Positions 30,754 to 39,850 of a stretch of 64,000 bases of DNA are shown piece after piece. Every line of letters starts with the position of its first letter. The stretch's first letter is position 1. Source of the stretch: Spirochaetia bacterium (GTDB lineage Bacteria; Spirochaetota; Spirochaetia; UBA9216); NCBI GenBank assembly GCA_963677925.2, contig CAXXYH010000004.1, positions 1,280,001 through 1,344,000 on the forward strand, read 5' to 3'. Under the pieces are notes generated by a model that saw only the letters and a program-made list of their open reading frames with translations, did not search any database and had not been told where the DNA came from. The position numbers and the translations under genes were made by a program.

Positions 30754-31710
30754 ATGTCGACCTTACTTGAGGTGCAGAACCTTAAAAAATATTTTAAGTT
30801 CAAACATGGATGGCTTCAGGCTGTTGATGGAATCAGTTTTAAACTGGAAAAGGGAAAAACTCTTGGAGTAGTAGGTGAGTCCGGATGCGGTAAGTCTACC
30901 CTCGGAAGAACAATTCTTCACCTGCTCAATAAAACTGAAGGAGAAATAATATTCGACGGTGAAAATATTTCCCAGCCCAGCGCGTCTAAGCTGAAGGAAT
31001 TCAGAGAGAATGCACAGATTATTTTTCAGGATCCGTATTCATCACTGGATCCCAGAAAAACAGTCAGCAAGATCATCATGGAGCCCCTGGCTCTGACAAA
31101 AAGAATGTCAAAGCCTGAGATGACCAAAAGGGTTGCTGAAATTATGGAAACGGTTGGACTTGCTTCAAGATTTGCAAATTCATATCCGCATGAATTGGAT
31201 GGAGGACGGCGTCAGAGGATTGGTGTTGCAAGAGCTCTTGCCCTTGATCCGAAGTTTATCGTATGCGATGAACCGGTCTCTGCTCTTGATGTTTCTGTGC
31301 AGGCTCAGATTCTGAATCTGCTCATGGACCTTCAGCAGGATCGCGGTCTCACCTACATTTTTGTTACACATGATCTCTCTGTTGTTAAACACATCTCAGA
31401 TGAAATTCTTGTTATGTACCTGGGAAAGATGATAGAGAAGGCGGAAACCGAAGAACTCTTTGAGAATCCGCTTCATCCTTATACCAAGGCTCTGTTGTCT
31501 GCAATCCTGGTTCCTGATGTTCACGCCAAAAAGGACCATATCATTCTGGAGGGTGAGATAAAGTCGCCAATTAATCTTGGTGATGAGTGCAGGTTTGCTC
31601 CCAGGTGCATTTATGCAAAAGAAGAATGTAAACAAGCTCAGAAGCTTGAAGAAATTAAGCCCGGACATTTTATTTCCTGCTGCAGAGCAAGGGAATTAAA
31701 TAATCTTTAA
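30754..31710 (+). CDS. Opp/Dpp-family ABC ATP-binding protein (DppF-like)
   Basis: [26 protein letters not shown]. Confidence 0.93.
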   Translation: MSTLLEVQNLKKYFKFKHGWLQAVDGISFKLEKGKTLGVVGESGCGKSTLGRTILHLLNKTEGEIIFDGENISQPSASKLKEFRENAQIIFQDPYSSLDPRKTVSKIIMEPLALTKRMSKPEMTKRVAEIMETVGLASRFANSYPHELDGGRRQRIGVARALALDPKFIVCDEPVSALDVSVQAQILNLLMDLQQDRGLTYIFVTHDLSVVKHISDEILVMYLGKMIEKAETEELFENPLHPYTKALLSAILVPDVHAKKDHIILEGEIKSPINLGDECRFAPRCIYAKEECKQAQKLEEIKPGHFISCCRARELNNL

Positions 31711-31753
31711 TTGTATTCTACAGGGTCTGAAGCCCTGAAAAAGGAGAAGATTT

Positions 31754-33280
31754 ATGAAAAGAAACGTGTTTATTGTTTTGCTGCTGATTTCTGCCGTAGC
31801 GCTTTTTGCAAGAGGTCAGAATGAAGCTTCCGGAGAAATGGAAGGTCAGGTTCAGGATACGCTGAATATTGCTATCAAGACTGACAGGGGTACTATGGCT
31901 CCTGTATGGGCTTCGCAGTATCAGGGTTACTGTGTTTTTGAGACACTTTATAAACTGAATGCTGAAACAAATGAGTTTATTCCATTGATTGCCGAATCAC
32001 TGGACTTTGTTGATGATGTTACCCTTGTGGCAAAAATTCGTGAAGGAATAACCGACAGCGCAGGTAATCCATTTACAGCAAGTGATGTTGTCTATAGTTA
32101 TAAATGGGGCCTTGGTGATTTTGTAACCGCCATGGGTATCTATGCAATAGATTTTGATAAAACCAGGGCTATTGATGATTACACTGTAGAAATAGTTTTA
32201 AAAGCACCGAATGTTTCGCAATGGTACCTTCTTGAGCAGCAGAGACTGTTTACCCAGGCTGCAATGGAAGCAAGTGAAAACGGAATGAAGGCCGATCCCG
32301 TAGGAACCGGACAGTATGTCCTTACCGAGTACATACAGGGATCAAGAGTTTCCTTCACACGTAATGAGAATTATTGGGGAACTCCTGCAGCGATTAAAAA
32401 TGTTAACTGGCTGATCATTCCGGAAACAAGTCAGAGAATGATGACTCTTGAATCCGGTGAAGTTGATTTTTCAGAAGATATTGCCGGTATAGATTATAAG
32501 CGAATGGAAAAAAATGACAAAATTGACGCTGATATTGTTCCCTCGTTTGCAAGTACCTGTATTTATTTTAACTGTTCTGAATATTCCATATGCAATGATC
32601 CTGCTGTCAGGCAGGCAGTTTCCTATGCGGTAAGTAAAGATGCAGTGAATAAGATTGTATACAGCGATCTCTTTGTTCCTTCAGTAATTCCCGGCTCAAG
32701 AGCTCTAATGGGAATTGATCTCAGCTGGAATGCAAAAGACGGCTATTATGATCTTGATCCTGCAAAAGCAAAGTCACTGCTTGCCAAGGCCGGTATAGCT
32801 GAAGGTACTGAGGTTGTGATTGGAATCCCGGGTGAAAATGCAATGATAGCAACTGCTGAAGTAATTCAGGGGGCACTAATCGGGTTAGGATTGGATGCGA
32901 AGATTCAGTCATATGAACCGGCAGTATGGAATGAGGTTCAGATAGATCCTCAGAGCGGTATAGATTTGGCAATTCACACTCCGGGATGCCCCGACGGATA
33001 TTTCGGAAATAAATTACAGGCGAATTTCAGACTGTCACAGACAATATTCTACGATAATGACGAACTGCTGGACATGATTGATGAATCACTAATGACTATG
33101 GATAAAGACGCTCAGCTCGTAATAAATAAAAAGCTGAATGATCTTGTTGTCAAAGATGTTCCCATTTTGAGTCTGGTAGACAACGGATACATATATGCAT
33201 GGGATTCAAATGTAAAGGGTGTTAAAAAGATGCATGCAGAAAGAGGACGTCAGTTAGATCTGTCTTATCTGTCATATTAA
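31754..33280 (+). CDS. Family 5 ABC substrate-binding protein
   Basis: Signal peptide ending LFARGQNE, IREGITDSAGNPFTASDV, PVGTGQY; AAGGAG RBS. Confidence 0.9.
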   Translation: MKRNVFIVLLLISAVALFARGQNEASGEMEGQVQDTLNIAIKTDRGTMAPVWASQYQGYCVFETLYKLNAETNEFIPLIAESLDFVDDVTLVAKIREGITDSAGNPFTASDVVYSYKWGLGDFVTAMGIYAIDFDKTRAIDDYTVEIVLKAPNVSQWYLLEQQRLFTQAAMEASENGMKADPVGTGQYVLTEYIQGSRVSFTRNENYWGTPAAIKNVNWLIIPETSQRMMTLESGEVDFSEDIAGIDYKRMEKNDKIDADIVPSFASTCIYFNCSEYSICNDPAVRQAVSYAVSKDAVNKIVYSDLFVPSVIPGSRALMGIDLSWNAKDGYYDLDPAKAKSLLAKAGIAEGTEVVIGIPGENAMIATAEVIQGALIGLGLDAKIQSYEPAVWNEVQIDPQSGIDLAIHTPGCPDGYFGNKLQANFRLSQTIFYDNDELLDMIDESLMTMDKDAQLVINKKLNDLVVKDVPILSLVDNGYIYAWDSNVKGVKKMHAERGRQLDLSYLSY

Positions 33281-33287
33281 CCAAGCT

Positions 33288-33315
33288 GAAGCCGGGAGTA
33301 TCTGCTCCCGGTTTT
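33288..33315 (+). terminator. Hairpin/terminator after SBP gene
   Basis: GAAGCCGGGAGTA-TC-TGCTCCCGGTTTT. Confidence 0.6.
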
Positions 33316-33331
33316 CATAAATGAGTAAATT

Positions 33332-33925
33332 ATGTTTTTAAATAGATACAAAAACTTTGATACATACTGGAAGAGAATAAGGGTTAAAGATGATTCATCG
33401 GAAGGCTCTCATTCCAAGTTTGTATATGTTGAAGATTACTATCATTACGATTTCGATGATGATGTTAAAAACAGAATAAAACGTATGCAGATTCAGCTTG
33501 CACTGTGTTTTGTAATTGTATTCGGGTTTTCTGTAACACGTCAGGTAAGTATTAATAGTATTCCATACATAGGCGGTTTCGCAATGATAGCGGCTGCTGC
33601 TGAATTGTTCTGTATAATCGGTATCTTTTCATTTATCAGGATTGAAGAAAATATGACGATTATGGATTTCAAGCGTGTCAGGGGGATGATTTACTATAGC
33701 GCTGCAGGTGTTGTTTTTGCACTGTCAGCTTTATTTGCTGGATATTTCTATTACCTTTTTACGCAGCATCCTGTAATAACTAAAATGGATTTTTTAGTTG
33801 CTGCAGGATATATTTTCGCAATCCTACTGGAAATACCGATACTTTTGTTCCAGAGCAGGAAGCATTATAAAGTTATTCTTAACAATAAAATGGATAAAAG
33901 GGAGATCGATATAAATGGTTACTAA
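33332..33925 (+). CDS. Hypothetical membrane protein (about 4 TM)
   Basis: Hydrophilic N-terminus then four hydrophobic segments; overlaps the start of the next gene. Confidence 0.7.
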   Translation: MFLNRYKNFDTYWKRIRVKDDSSEGSHSKFVYVEDYYHYDFDDDVKNRIKRMQIQLALCFVIVFGFSVTRQVSINSIPYIGGFAMIAAAAELFCIIGIFSFIRIEENMTIMDFKRVRGMIYYSAAGVVFALSALFAGYFYYLFTQHPVITKMDFLVAAGYIFAILLEIPILLFQSRKHYKVILNNKMDKREIDINGY

Positions 33926-35639
33926 GAAAGATGTCATGGTGGAAATGCCTGACGGTGTAAAACTTGCTACTGATATATTTTTACCTGAAGATGGAAAAGG
34001 TGCTTATCCTACCGTTCATGTAAGAACTCCGTATGTTAAAGATAATATTCTTAAACGTATTTTCGACGACATTCCGGCCAGCGAAAGACCTTTTGATATT
34101 CCCGGTTACACTGATAAGGGTTATGCGTTTGTTATTCAGGACTGCAGGGGAACCGGAAAATCTGAGGGGCTTTACAGACCCTGGCTTGGAGATGCTGAAG
34201 ACGGGTATGAACTTGTTGAGTGGATTGCAGCGCAGGATTGGAGTACTGGAAAAATTGGAGCTATCGGTTCTTCAAATCACGGTTCAGTACAGCTTTTAAC
34301 TGCTTCAATGCGGCCTCCGCATCTTGACTGTATTGTTCCCATGGGAACTTCCAATGCAATGCCATTTTTTGAAAATGGAATTTTAAATCTTGCCGGTTCC
34401 TCAATATGGTATATTCAGCAGGCTTTTAATTCCGCTCAGCGGGGCGGTATGAGTGAAGAGCGGTTCCAGCGTATGAAAGCAAAGCTCGATAAGATAATGA
34501 GTAATATGGATGAACAGTTTTACTGGCTGCCACTGAAGGATGTTCCATTTGCTAATGTTGAAGAAGTTGATATGGAGCTGTTCTTTCATGAGTTTCTTGA
34601 ATATCTTGATCAGCCGGCTCACTGGACAAGGATTCATAACCCTGCAGACATACTGAACATTGATATGCCTATCATGTTTATCGCTAACTGGTATGATCAT
34701 CTGGCAAGAAATGTTTTTGACATGTACAAAGTGTTAAAAAATCATGGAACTCCAAAAACACAGGAGAACCTTCATTTGTATATTGGTCCATGGCGAAAAT
34801 ATAATGGAATAGAAGGTACTGATGAGGGGCTCTGGGACAATCATAGAAGTCTTTTCGATGTGACCATCGGCTGGTTTGATTATTGGCTGAAAGGAGAATC
34901 AAACGGATTTGATAAATCCGAACCGGTTTTCCTCCATACTATGGGTGATGTCGCATGGCGGTTCGAGAAGAGCTGGCCGCTTCCGGATACTGATTTCACT
35001 AAATATTATTTTGATTCAGAAAATGGCGCCAACTCATTAAACGGTGATGGTGTTCTGACATTGAATAAGCCGATTGACGGATACGATGAATTTGATTATG
35101 ACCCCGCTAATCCGGTGGAAACCAGATCCGGGGTTGTAATCAACCCGAATGATTCGCTGAGGCAGAGTCAGAATGATGTTGAACAGCGTGAGGATGTGCT
35201 TGTTTACAGTTCAGAAGTACTTTCTAATCCGGTAGAGGTTACCGGGCCGGTTAGGGTTAAGCTCTGGGCTTCTACTAGTGCGGTTGATACTGATTTTACC
35301 GCAAAGCTTGTTGATGTCAAACCCGATGGAGAAACTTACAATCTGATCGAGGGAATAATCCGGGCCAGGTATAAAAACGGTGTGGACAGCGCTGAACTCC
35401 TTATTCCCGGTGCAGTTTATGAATATGAAATTAATTTGGGGGCTGTAGGAATTGTTTTTAAAGAGGGTCACCGTATCCGTGTTGAGATAGCAAGCAGCAA
35501 TTTTCCTAAACATGACAGGAATATGAACACAGGGCATAAGATCGGAGTTGATAAAGAAGGAATAATTGCAAGTCAGAAAATTTTTCATGATGATATGCAT
35601 CCTTCATACATAGAATTGCCGGTTATCCCGAAAAAATAA
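33915..35639 (+). CDS. CocE/NonD-family hydrolase (atypical catalytic residues)
   Basis: DGVKLATDI, RTPY, QDCRGTGKSEG, GSSNHG, NWYD, GPWRK, YDPANPV, DTDFTAKLVDV, SSNFP. Confidence 0.9.
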   Translation: MVTKKDVMVEMPDGVKLATDIFLPEDGKGAYPTVHVRTPYVKDNILKRIFDDIPASERPFDIPGYTDKGYAFVIQDCRGTGKSEGLYRPWLGDAEDGYELVEWIAAQDWSTGKIGAIGSSNHGSVQLLTASMRPPHLDCIVPMGTSNAMPFFENGILNLAGSSIWYIQQAFNSAQRGGMSEERFQRMKAKLDKIMSNMDEQFYWLPLKDVPFANVEEVDMELFFHEFLEYLDQPAHWTRIHNPADILNIDMPIMFIANWYDHLARNVFDMYKVLKNHGTPKTQENLHLYIGPWRKYNGIEGTDEGLWDNHRSLFDVTIGWFDYWLKGESNGFDKSEPVFLHTMGDVAWRFEKSWPLPDTDFTKYYFDSENGANSLNGDGVLTLNKPIDGYDEFDYDPANPVETRSGVVINPNDSLRQSQNDVEQREDVLVYSSEVLSNPVEVTGPVRVKLWASTSAVDTDFTAKLVDVKPDGETYNLIEGIIRARYKNGVDSAELLIPGAVYEYEINLGAVGIVFKEGHRIRVEIASSNFPKHDRNMNTGHKIGVDKEGIIASQKIFHDDMHPSYIELPVIPKK

Positions 35640-35652
35640 GGAATCTTTAATA

Positions 35653-37005
35653 ATGAAAAATATTACTGTACCTCTCAGGCTGGAGGTTCCTACACCATGT
35701 GCCGAAAGATGCGAGAATCTTATTGAGGTTTTTCAGAACGGTAATGAATACCGATGGACACAATATTTACCATCCTCTTTGAAATCGGGACTTCCCCTGG
35801 TTGTTGAAATTCATGGAGGCGGAGGGAACGGCGAGCGGCAGAGCAGAGTAACAGCCTGGGCTGAACTTGCAGAGAGGGAAAATTTTGTAGTCATTTATCC
35901 CTCGGCAAACAATATTGCCAGAGACAATAATATAAAGAACTGGAGATGCCAGCAGGATAATTTCCTAGATGATGCAGATTATCTTTATGACATAATTATG
36001 TTCATCTGTGGTAAGTATGAAATTGATAAAGAGAGAATTTACATATCCGGCATGTCCTTCGGTGATATGATGAGTTCCATTTTTGCTGCAAAATACGGGG
36101 GGATGCTTGCAGGATTATGCAGTTTTAACGGACCAACAGCACCTTGGGAATGGCATAAACTAAAACTGACAAGTGAACTCCCGGTTATTCAGATAAGGGG
36201 AGAGCTGGACCTCTCTCTTCCGTTTCCGGAACAGAATAAGCTCACAGAGGAAGAAGCTTTTAATCAGAAAAAAGAGTTTTATATTCTAAATCGTGAAAAC
36301 TGGATGGCTAAACTTGAGACCAGTAAAATTCCTCAGATTACTCTGAAAGAAAAAATTAACTTTGCATTATACGAAGGCAGAACATCAGATCTTCTATATG
36401 TTGAATGTAAATCAATGGGTCATGTTGAACCCGAATTCGGGATGGACCTTGCCTGGAGATACTGCTTTTCACGGTTCCGCAGAACAGCAGAGGGGATCGA
36501 ACGAATTAATGATTTGGCTCAAGTGAAGACCGGCAATGGTACTTTTGTTATTGCCTCAGGTGTGGATAAAATCTATTCCTCCAATGGAATAAGGAGAATC
36601 GCTTCAGCTCCGGTTATGGGAATACCTGAAGCTCTTCCAAAAGATAACTGGTGTATTGTAAGCAGAAATGATTATAAAAAAGAATCAGTACTGTATATAA
36701 AGCTTGAGCAGCTTGCAGAAATTATCTCTAGTGAATTAACAGATAACAGATTAAATTTCAATGATACCGTCTATACGTTTTATCCGGACAATTATCTTGT
36801 AGCCACAGATAAAGAACACTTTTCAATGAGCAGGCCGGCTTTGTTGATTGATAATGTTGTCTGGGTTCCGGCAGGTGATGCTCTTGAGGTGATGGGATTT
36901 AAATATTCTGAAAATGACGGTGTCCTGTACTGCTCTGATATGTGCAGCTATTTAACTCATGGTTTTGCTACTCTTCTAAGAAGAATGTTTGAGCAGACTC
37001 CATAA
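35653..37005 (+). CDS. PHB-depolymerase-like esterase with C-terminal stalk-like domains
   Basis: PLVVEIHGGGG, FVVIYP, IYISGMSFG, RGELD, MGH; C-terminal RPALLIDNVVWVP..DALEVMG. Confidence 0.8.
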   Translation: MKNITVPLRLEVPTPCAERCENLIEVFQNGNEYRWTQYLPSSLKSGLPLVVEIHGGGGNGERQSRVTAWAELAERENFVVIYPSANNIARDNNIKNWRCQQDNFLDDADYLYDIIMFICGKYEIDKERIYISGMSFGDMMSSIFAAKYGGMLAGLCSFNGPTAPWEWHKLKLTSELPVIQIRGELDLSLPFPEQNKLTEEEAFNQKKEFYILNRENWMAKLETSKIPQITLKEKINFALYEGRTSDLLYVECKSMGHVEPEFGMDLAWRYCFSRFRRTAEGIERINDLAQVKTGNGTFVIASGVDKIYSSNGIRRIASAPVMGIPEALPKDNWCIVSRNDYKKESVLYIKLEQLAEIISSELTDNRLNFNDTVYTFYPDNYLVATDKEHFSMSRPALLIDNVVWVPAGDALEVMGFKYSENDGVLYCSDMCSYLTHGFATLLRRMFEQTP

Positions 37006-37017
37006 CAAAGGCTTTTT

Positions 37018-38394
37018 ATGAACATTACCAGTAGACTTGTAAAGCACACGGCGAATTTACGTTATGAGGATCTATCTAAATCAGTAATAGAGGTGCAAAA
37101 GAAATCAATAGCCGATTCAATTGCCTGTATGATTGCCGCAACCGGAGCTGACCGGGGTATACATGCCGTCTATGATACCGCATTTGAGCTTGGAGGCCCC
37201 GGTAACTGCACCATGTTTTCAAGCATGCGCAAAACAACTCCAATGATGGCTGCTCTTGCAAACGGGGCTTTGTCGCACTTTCTTGATTTCGAAGATTCAC
37301 ATGAGCTTGCATTGGTACATCCCAATGAGGTTTCAATGCCTGTAATGGTGGCACTTGCTGAATATGAGGGGACCAGAAGTGGAAAAGATTTTTTAACTGC
37401 TCTTGTTGCAGCCAGTGACATATGCTGCCGGCTTGATTTTGGTATCAGCGAAGATGTCCTGAAATACGGGTGGAATATGCCGCCAATACACGGCGGTATG
37501 AGTGCTGTCATGGGAGCGTGCAATTTTCTCGGGTTGAGCGAAGAGCAGACTCTTGATGCAATTGCTATGAACATGAGTCAGGTGACATCGAGCGGAGAGG
37601 CTGCGTTCAGCTCTGAATCCGTAATAAGATCGATCCGTGACGGATTTGCTGCACAGGCTTCAGTTCTTTCTGTACTGACTGCCGCAAAGGGTATTTCAAC
37701 AAAATTTAATGATGCTTTTGGTGGAGACAACGGGTACTTTCACGCCTATGCTCGTGATGCGTATACACCGGATAAAGTTCTTGAAGGTCTTGGAGAGATT
37801 TTTCAGAGTGAGTATATCAGTTTTAAACCATGGCCCTGCTGCAGAGCTACTCATACATCAATAGAAGGTGTACAGAATATAATAGAAGAAAATGATATAA
37901 AAACTGAAGATATAGAGGAAATTCATCTTACTTTACATGAGGTAGGACGAATGGTCCTTGAGCCCAGAGAAATTAAATATAATCCGAAGACCGCGGCAAT
38001 GGCCAAATTCAGTATACCGTTTGCTCTTGGTACACTGATTAAATACGGAAAAGTCGACCTGCATAGTTTTTCTCAGGAAAGACTTGATGACCGCGAAATT
38101 TGTGAGCTGGGCAGTAAAGTTAGTTATAAAATTGATAATGAGCTTACAAAAGAAGAGAATAAGCTCACTGATATAATTATAAAAACAAAGAAGGGTCAGT
38201 TTAACAGGACTGTCAATCATCCTCTAGGCTGCAGAGAGAATCCGATGAGTGAACAGCATATGCTTGACAAGTTTAGAAGCTGCATGTCTTTCGCAAGAAA
38301 ACCCTATACTGATAAACAGGTCGATTCAATCTTTGATATGATAAACCACATTGATGAATTGGATAATGTTTGTGAGCTCTTTGAGCTTCTATAA
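37018..38394 (+). CDS. MmgE/PrpD-family protein
   Basis: ANGALSHFLDFEDSH, VHP, FKPWPCCRATH, AKFSIPF, PLGCRENPMS..MLDKF. Confidence 0.9.
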   Translation: MNITSRLVKHTANLRYEDLSKSVIEVQKKSIADSIACMIAATGADRGIHAVYDTAFELGGPGNCTMFSSMRKTTPMMAALANGALSHFLDFEDSHELALVHPNEVSMPVMVALAEYEGTRSGKDFLTALVAASDICCRLDFGISEDVLKYGWNMPPIHGGMSAVMGACNFLGLSEEQTLDAIAMNMSQVTSSGEAAFSSESVIRSIRDGFAAQASVLSVLTAAKGISTKFNDAFGGDNGYFHAYARDAYTPDKVLEGLGEIFQSEYISFKPWPCCRATHTSIEGVQNIIEENDIKTEDIEEIHLTLHEVGRMVLEPREIKYNPKTAAMAKFSIPFALGTLIKYGKVDLHSFSQERLDDREICELGSKVSYKIDNELTKEENKLTDIIIKTKKGQFNRTVNHPLGCRENPMSEQHMLDKFRSCMSFARKPYTDKQVDSIFDMINHIDELDNVCELFELL

Positions 38395-38491
38395 AAAGTA
38401 TAGCGGTCTGAAATCGCAGAAGAAAAATGTTTCAGGTTAATGGCTGACTGATTTTCTGATATTTGCTCTATGAAGAGTGCTTAATTTAAAT

Positions 38492-38523
38492 AAAAAAAGG
38501 GGTGTCTTCCAATAAGACACCCC
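38492..38523 (-). terminator. Intrinsic terminator of sugar ABC operon
   Basis: GGGGTGTCTT-CCAAT-AAGACACCCC with A7 on plus (U run on minus). Confidence 0.85.
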
Positions 38524-38546
38524 GTTAATCATAATTCCAGAATTAA

Positions 38547-39734
38547 TTATTTGTAAGGACTGAAATCGATGTCGGCAAAATCCGGATGATTTTCGTCTTT
38601 GTAGCCTGTAGCAAAGATTGTGTCATAGGTTAACTGGGGATTTGTTGCCAGCAGAGTATCAATTGGTGAATAAGCAGTTTTTGCACCGTCAATTGAAGGT
38701 CCGCTTGTTACACCCTTTAATCCGTCAACACCGTCAACGACATTTTTGGCGATAGTAACAGAATCTTTTACTAACTTTGATACATCTTTGAATACTGTCA
38801 TTGTCTGAGTACCCTTACCTGTAACAGTGTCTCCCATCAGACTTGCTAGAGTAACGTTTGAACCATCCTGGCCGGTAGTATAGTACTTGGCATATGGAGT
38901 TGCCATTTTTGCAAATTCCTGTCGGATTGCAGCAGAAGTGTCGTCATTCGGAGCAAGGACGAATACCTTGTCTGAAGTCGGTTTGATCTGTGCAACTACA
39001 CCGGCTGCTTTAATTCCTGCAGTTTCAGGATTCCAGTCGGTATCGATAGGCTGCATTGCTGCCTGAAGAGCGTCTTTAGCAGCATCATTAAATGTCGCTT
39101 CTGTATACAGTGCAAGCTTTTTGAATGCAGCAGGATCCTGGTTTACTATGTTGAACATATCAAGGTTCGGCTGTAGTTCTTCAAAAGCTCCGCCGAAGAA
39201 GTATGTTGCGTTTGGCCAGTCAGCAACACGTCCAGCAAAGATTGCCAGATCGCCCTTGTTGGATGGAGAGCATCCTTCTGCTTTTGCGGCGTCTACAAGG
39301 TGTTTACCCATAGCTTTACCAACATTCCAGCTGTTGAATGTAGTATAGTAATCTGCTACGTCTGAAGAGCCTTTTGCCATTCTGTCATGTGCAATTACTA
39401 CAACATCTTCAGCATGTGCAGCTGCAACCGCAGAAGCACCGGAGCCTTGAGCTGTAATAATAATTACCTGAGCACCCTTGGCTATTAAGGCTTCAACGTT
39501 CTGTTTTTCTTTGGCTTCATCACCCTCTGAGAATAAAATCTCAAACGGATAATCGGGACCTAAAGCTTCCAGATTTTCAAGGAAGAACTTACCATCCTGG
39601 TTTGCCCATCTTTCTTCAGATGCATCCGGTAAAACAACTCCAATTTTGATTCCGGCAGATTCCTGTGCACCGCCTGCAAAAGCAAACCCTGATACTAAAG
39701 CCAGGATAAGAACAGTGAATAGAAAACGTTTCAT
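38547..39734 (-). CDS. Sugar ABC substrate-binding protein (ChvE/XylF-like)
   Basis: Signal peptide FAFAGGAQE, IGVVLPDASEERWANQDG, IAHDR, APND, TGQDG, MTVFKD; AGGAGG RBS. Confidence 0.88.
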   Translation of the reverse strand: MKRFLFTVLILALVSGFAFAGGAQESAGIKIGVVLPDASEERWANQDGKFFLENLEALGPDYPFEILFSEGDEAKEKQNVEALIAKGAQVIIITAQGSGASAVAAAHAEDVVVIAHDRMAKGSSDVADYYTTFNSWNVGKAMGKHLVDAAKAEGCSPSNKGDLAIFAGRVADWPNATYFFGGAFEELQPNLDMFNIVNQDPAAFKKLALYTEATFNDAAKDALQAAMQPIDTDWNPETAGIKAAGVVAQIKPTSDKVFVLAPNDDTSAAIRQEFAKMATPYAKYYTTGQDGSNVTLASLMGDTVTGKGTQTMTVFKDVSKLVKDSVTIAKNVVDGVDGLKGVTSGPSIDGAKTAYSPIDTLLATNPQLTYDTIFATGYKDENHPDFADIDFSPYK

Positions 39735-39850
39735 GTTAACCTCCTATGAAACATTACAATTTACAGATACAATATTTTCTGCAAATTATTTTTTTGATAT
39801 CATTAGAGCTCAGTAATTGTTACTGAACTTTAATTCCAAATTAAAAATTG

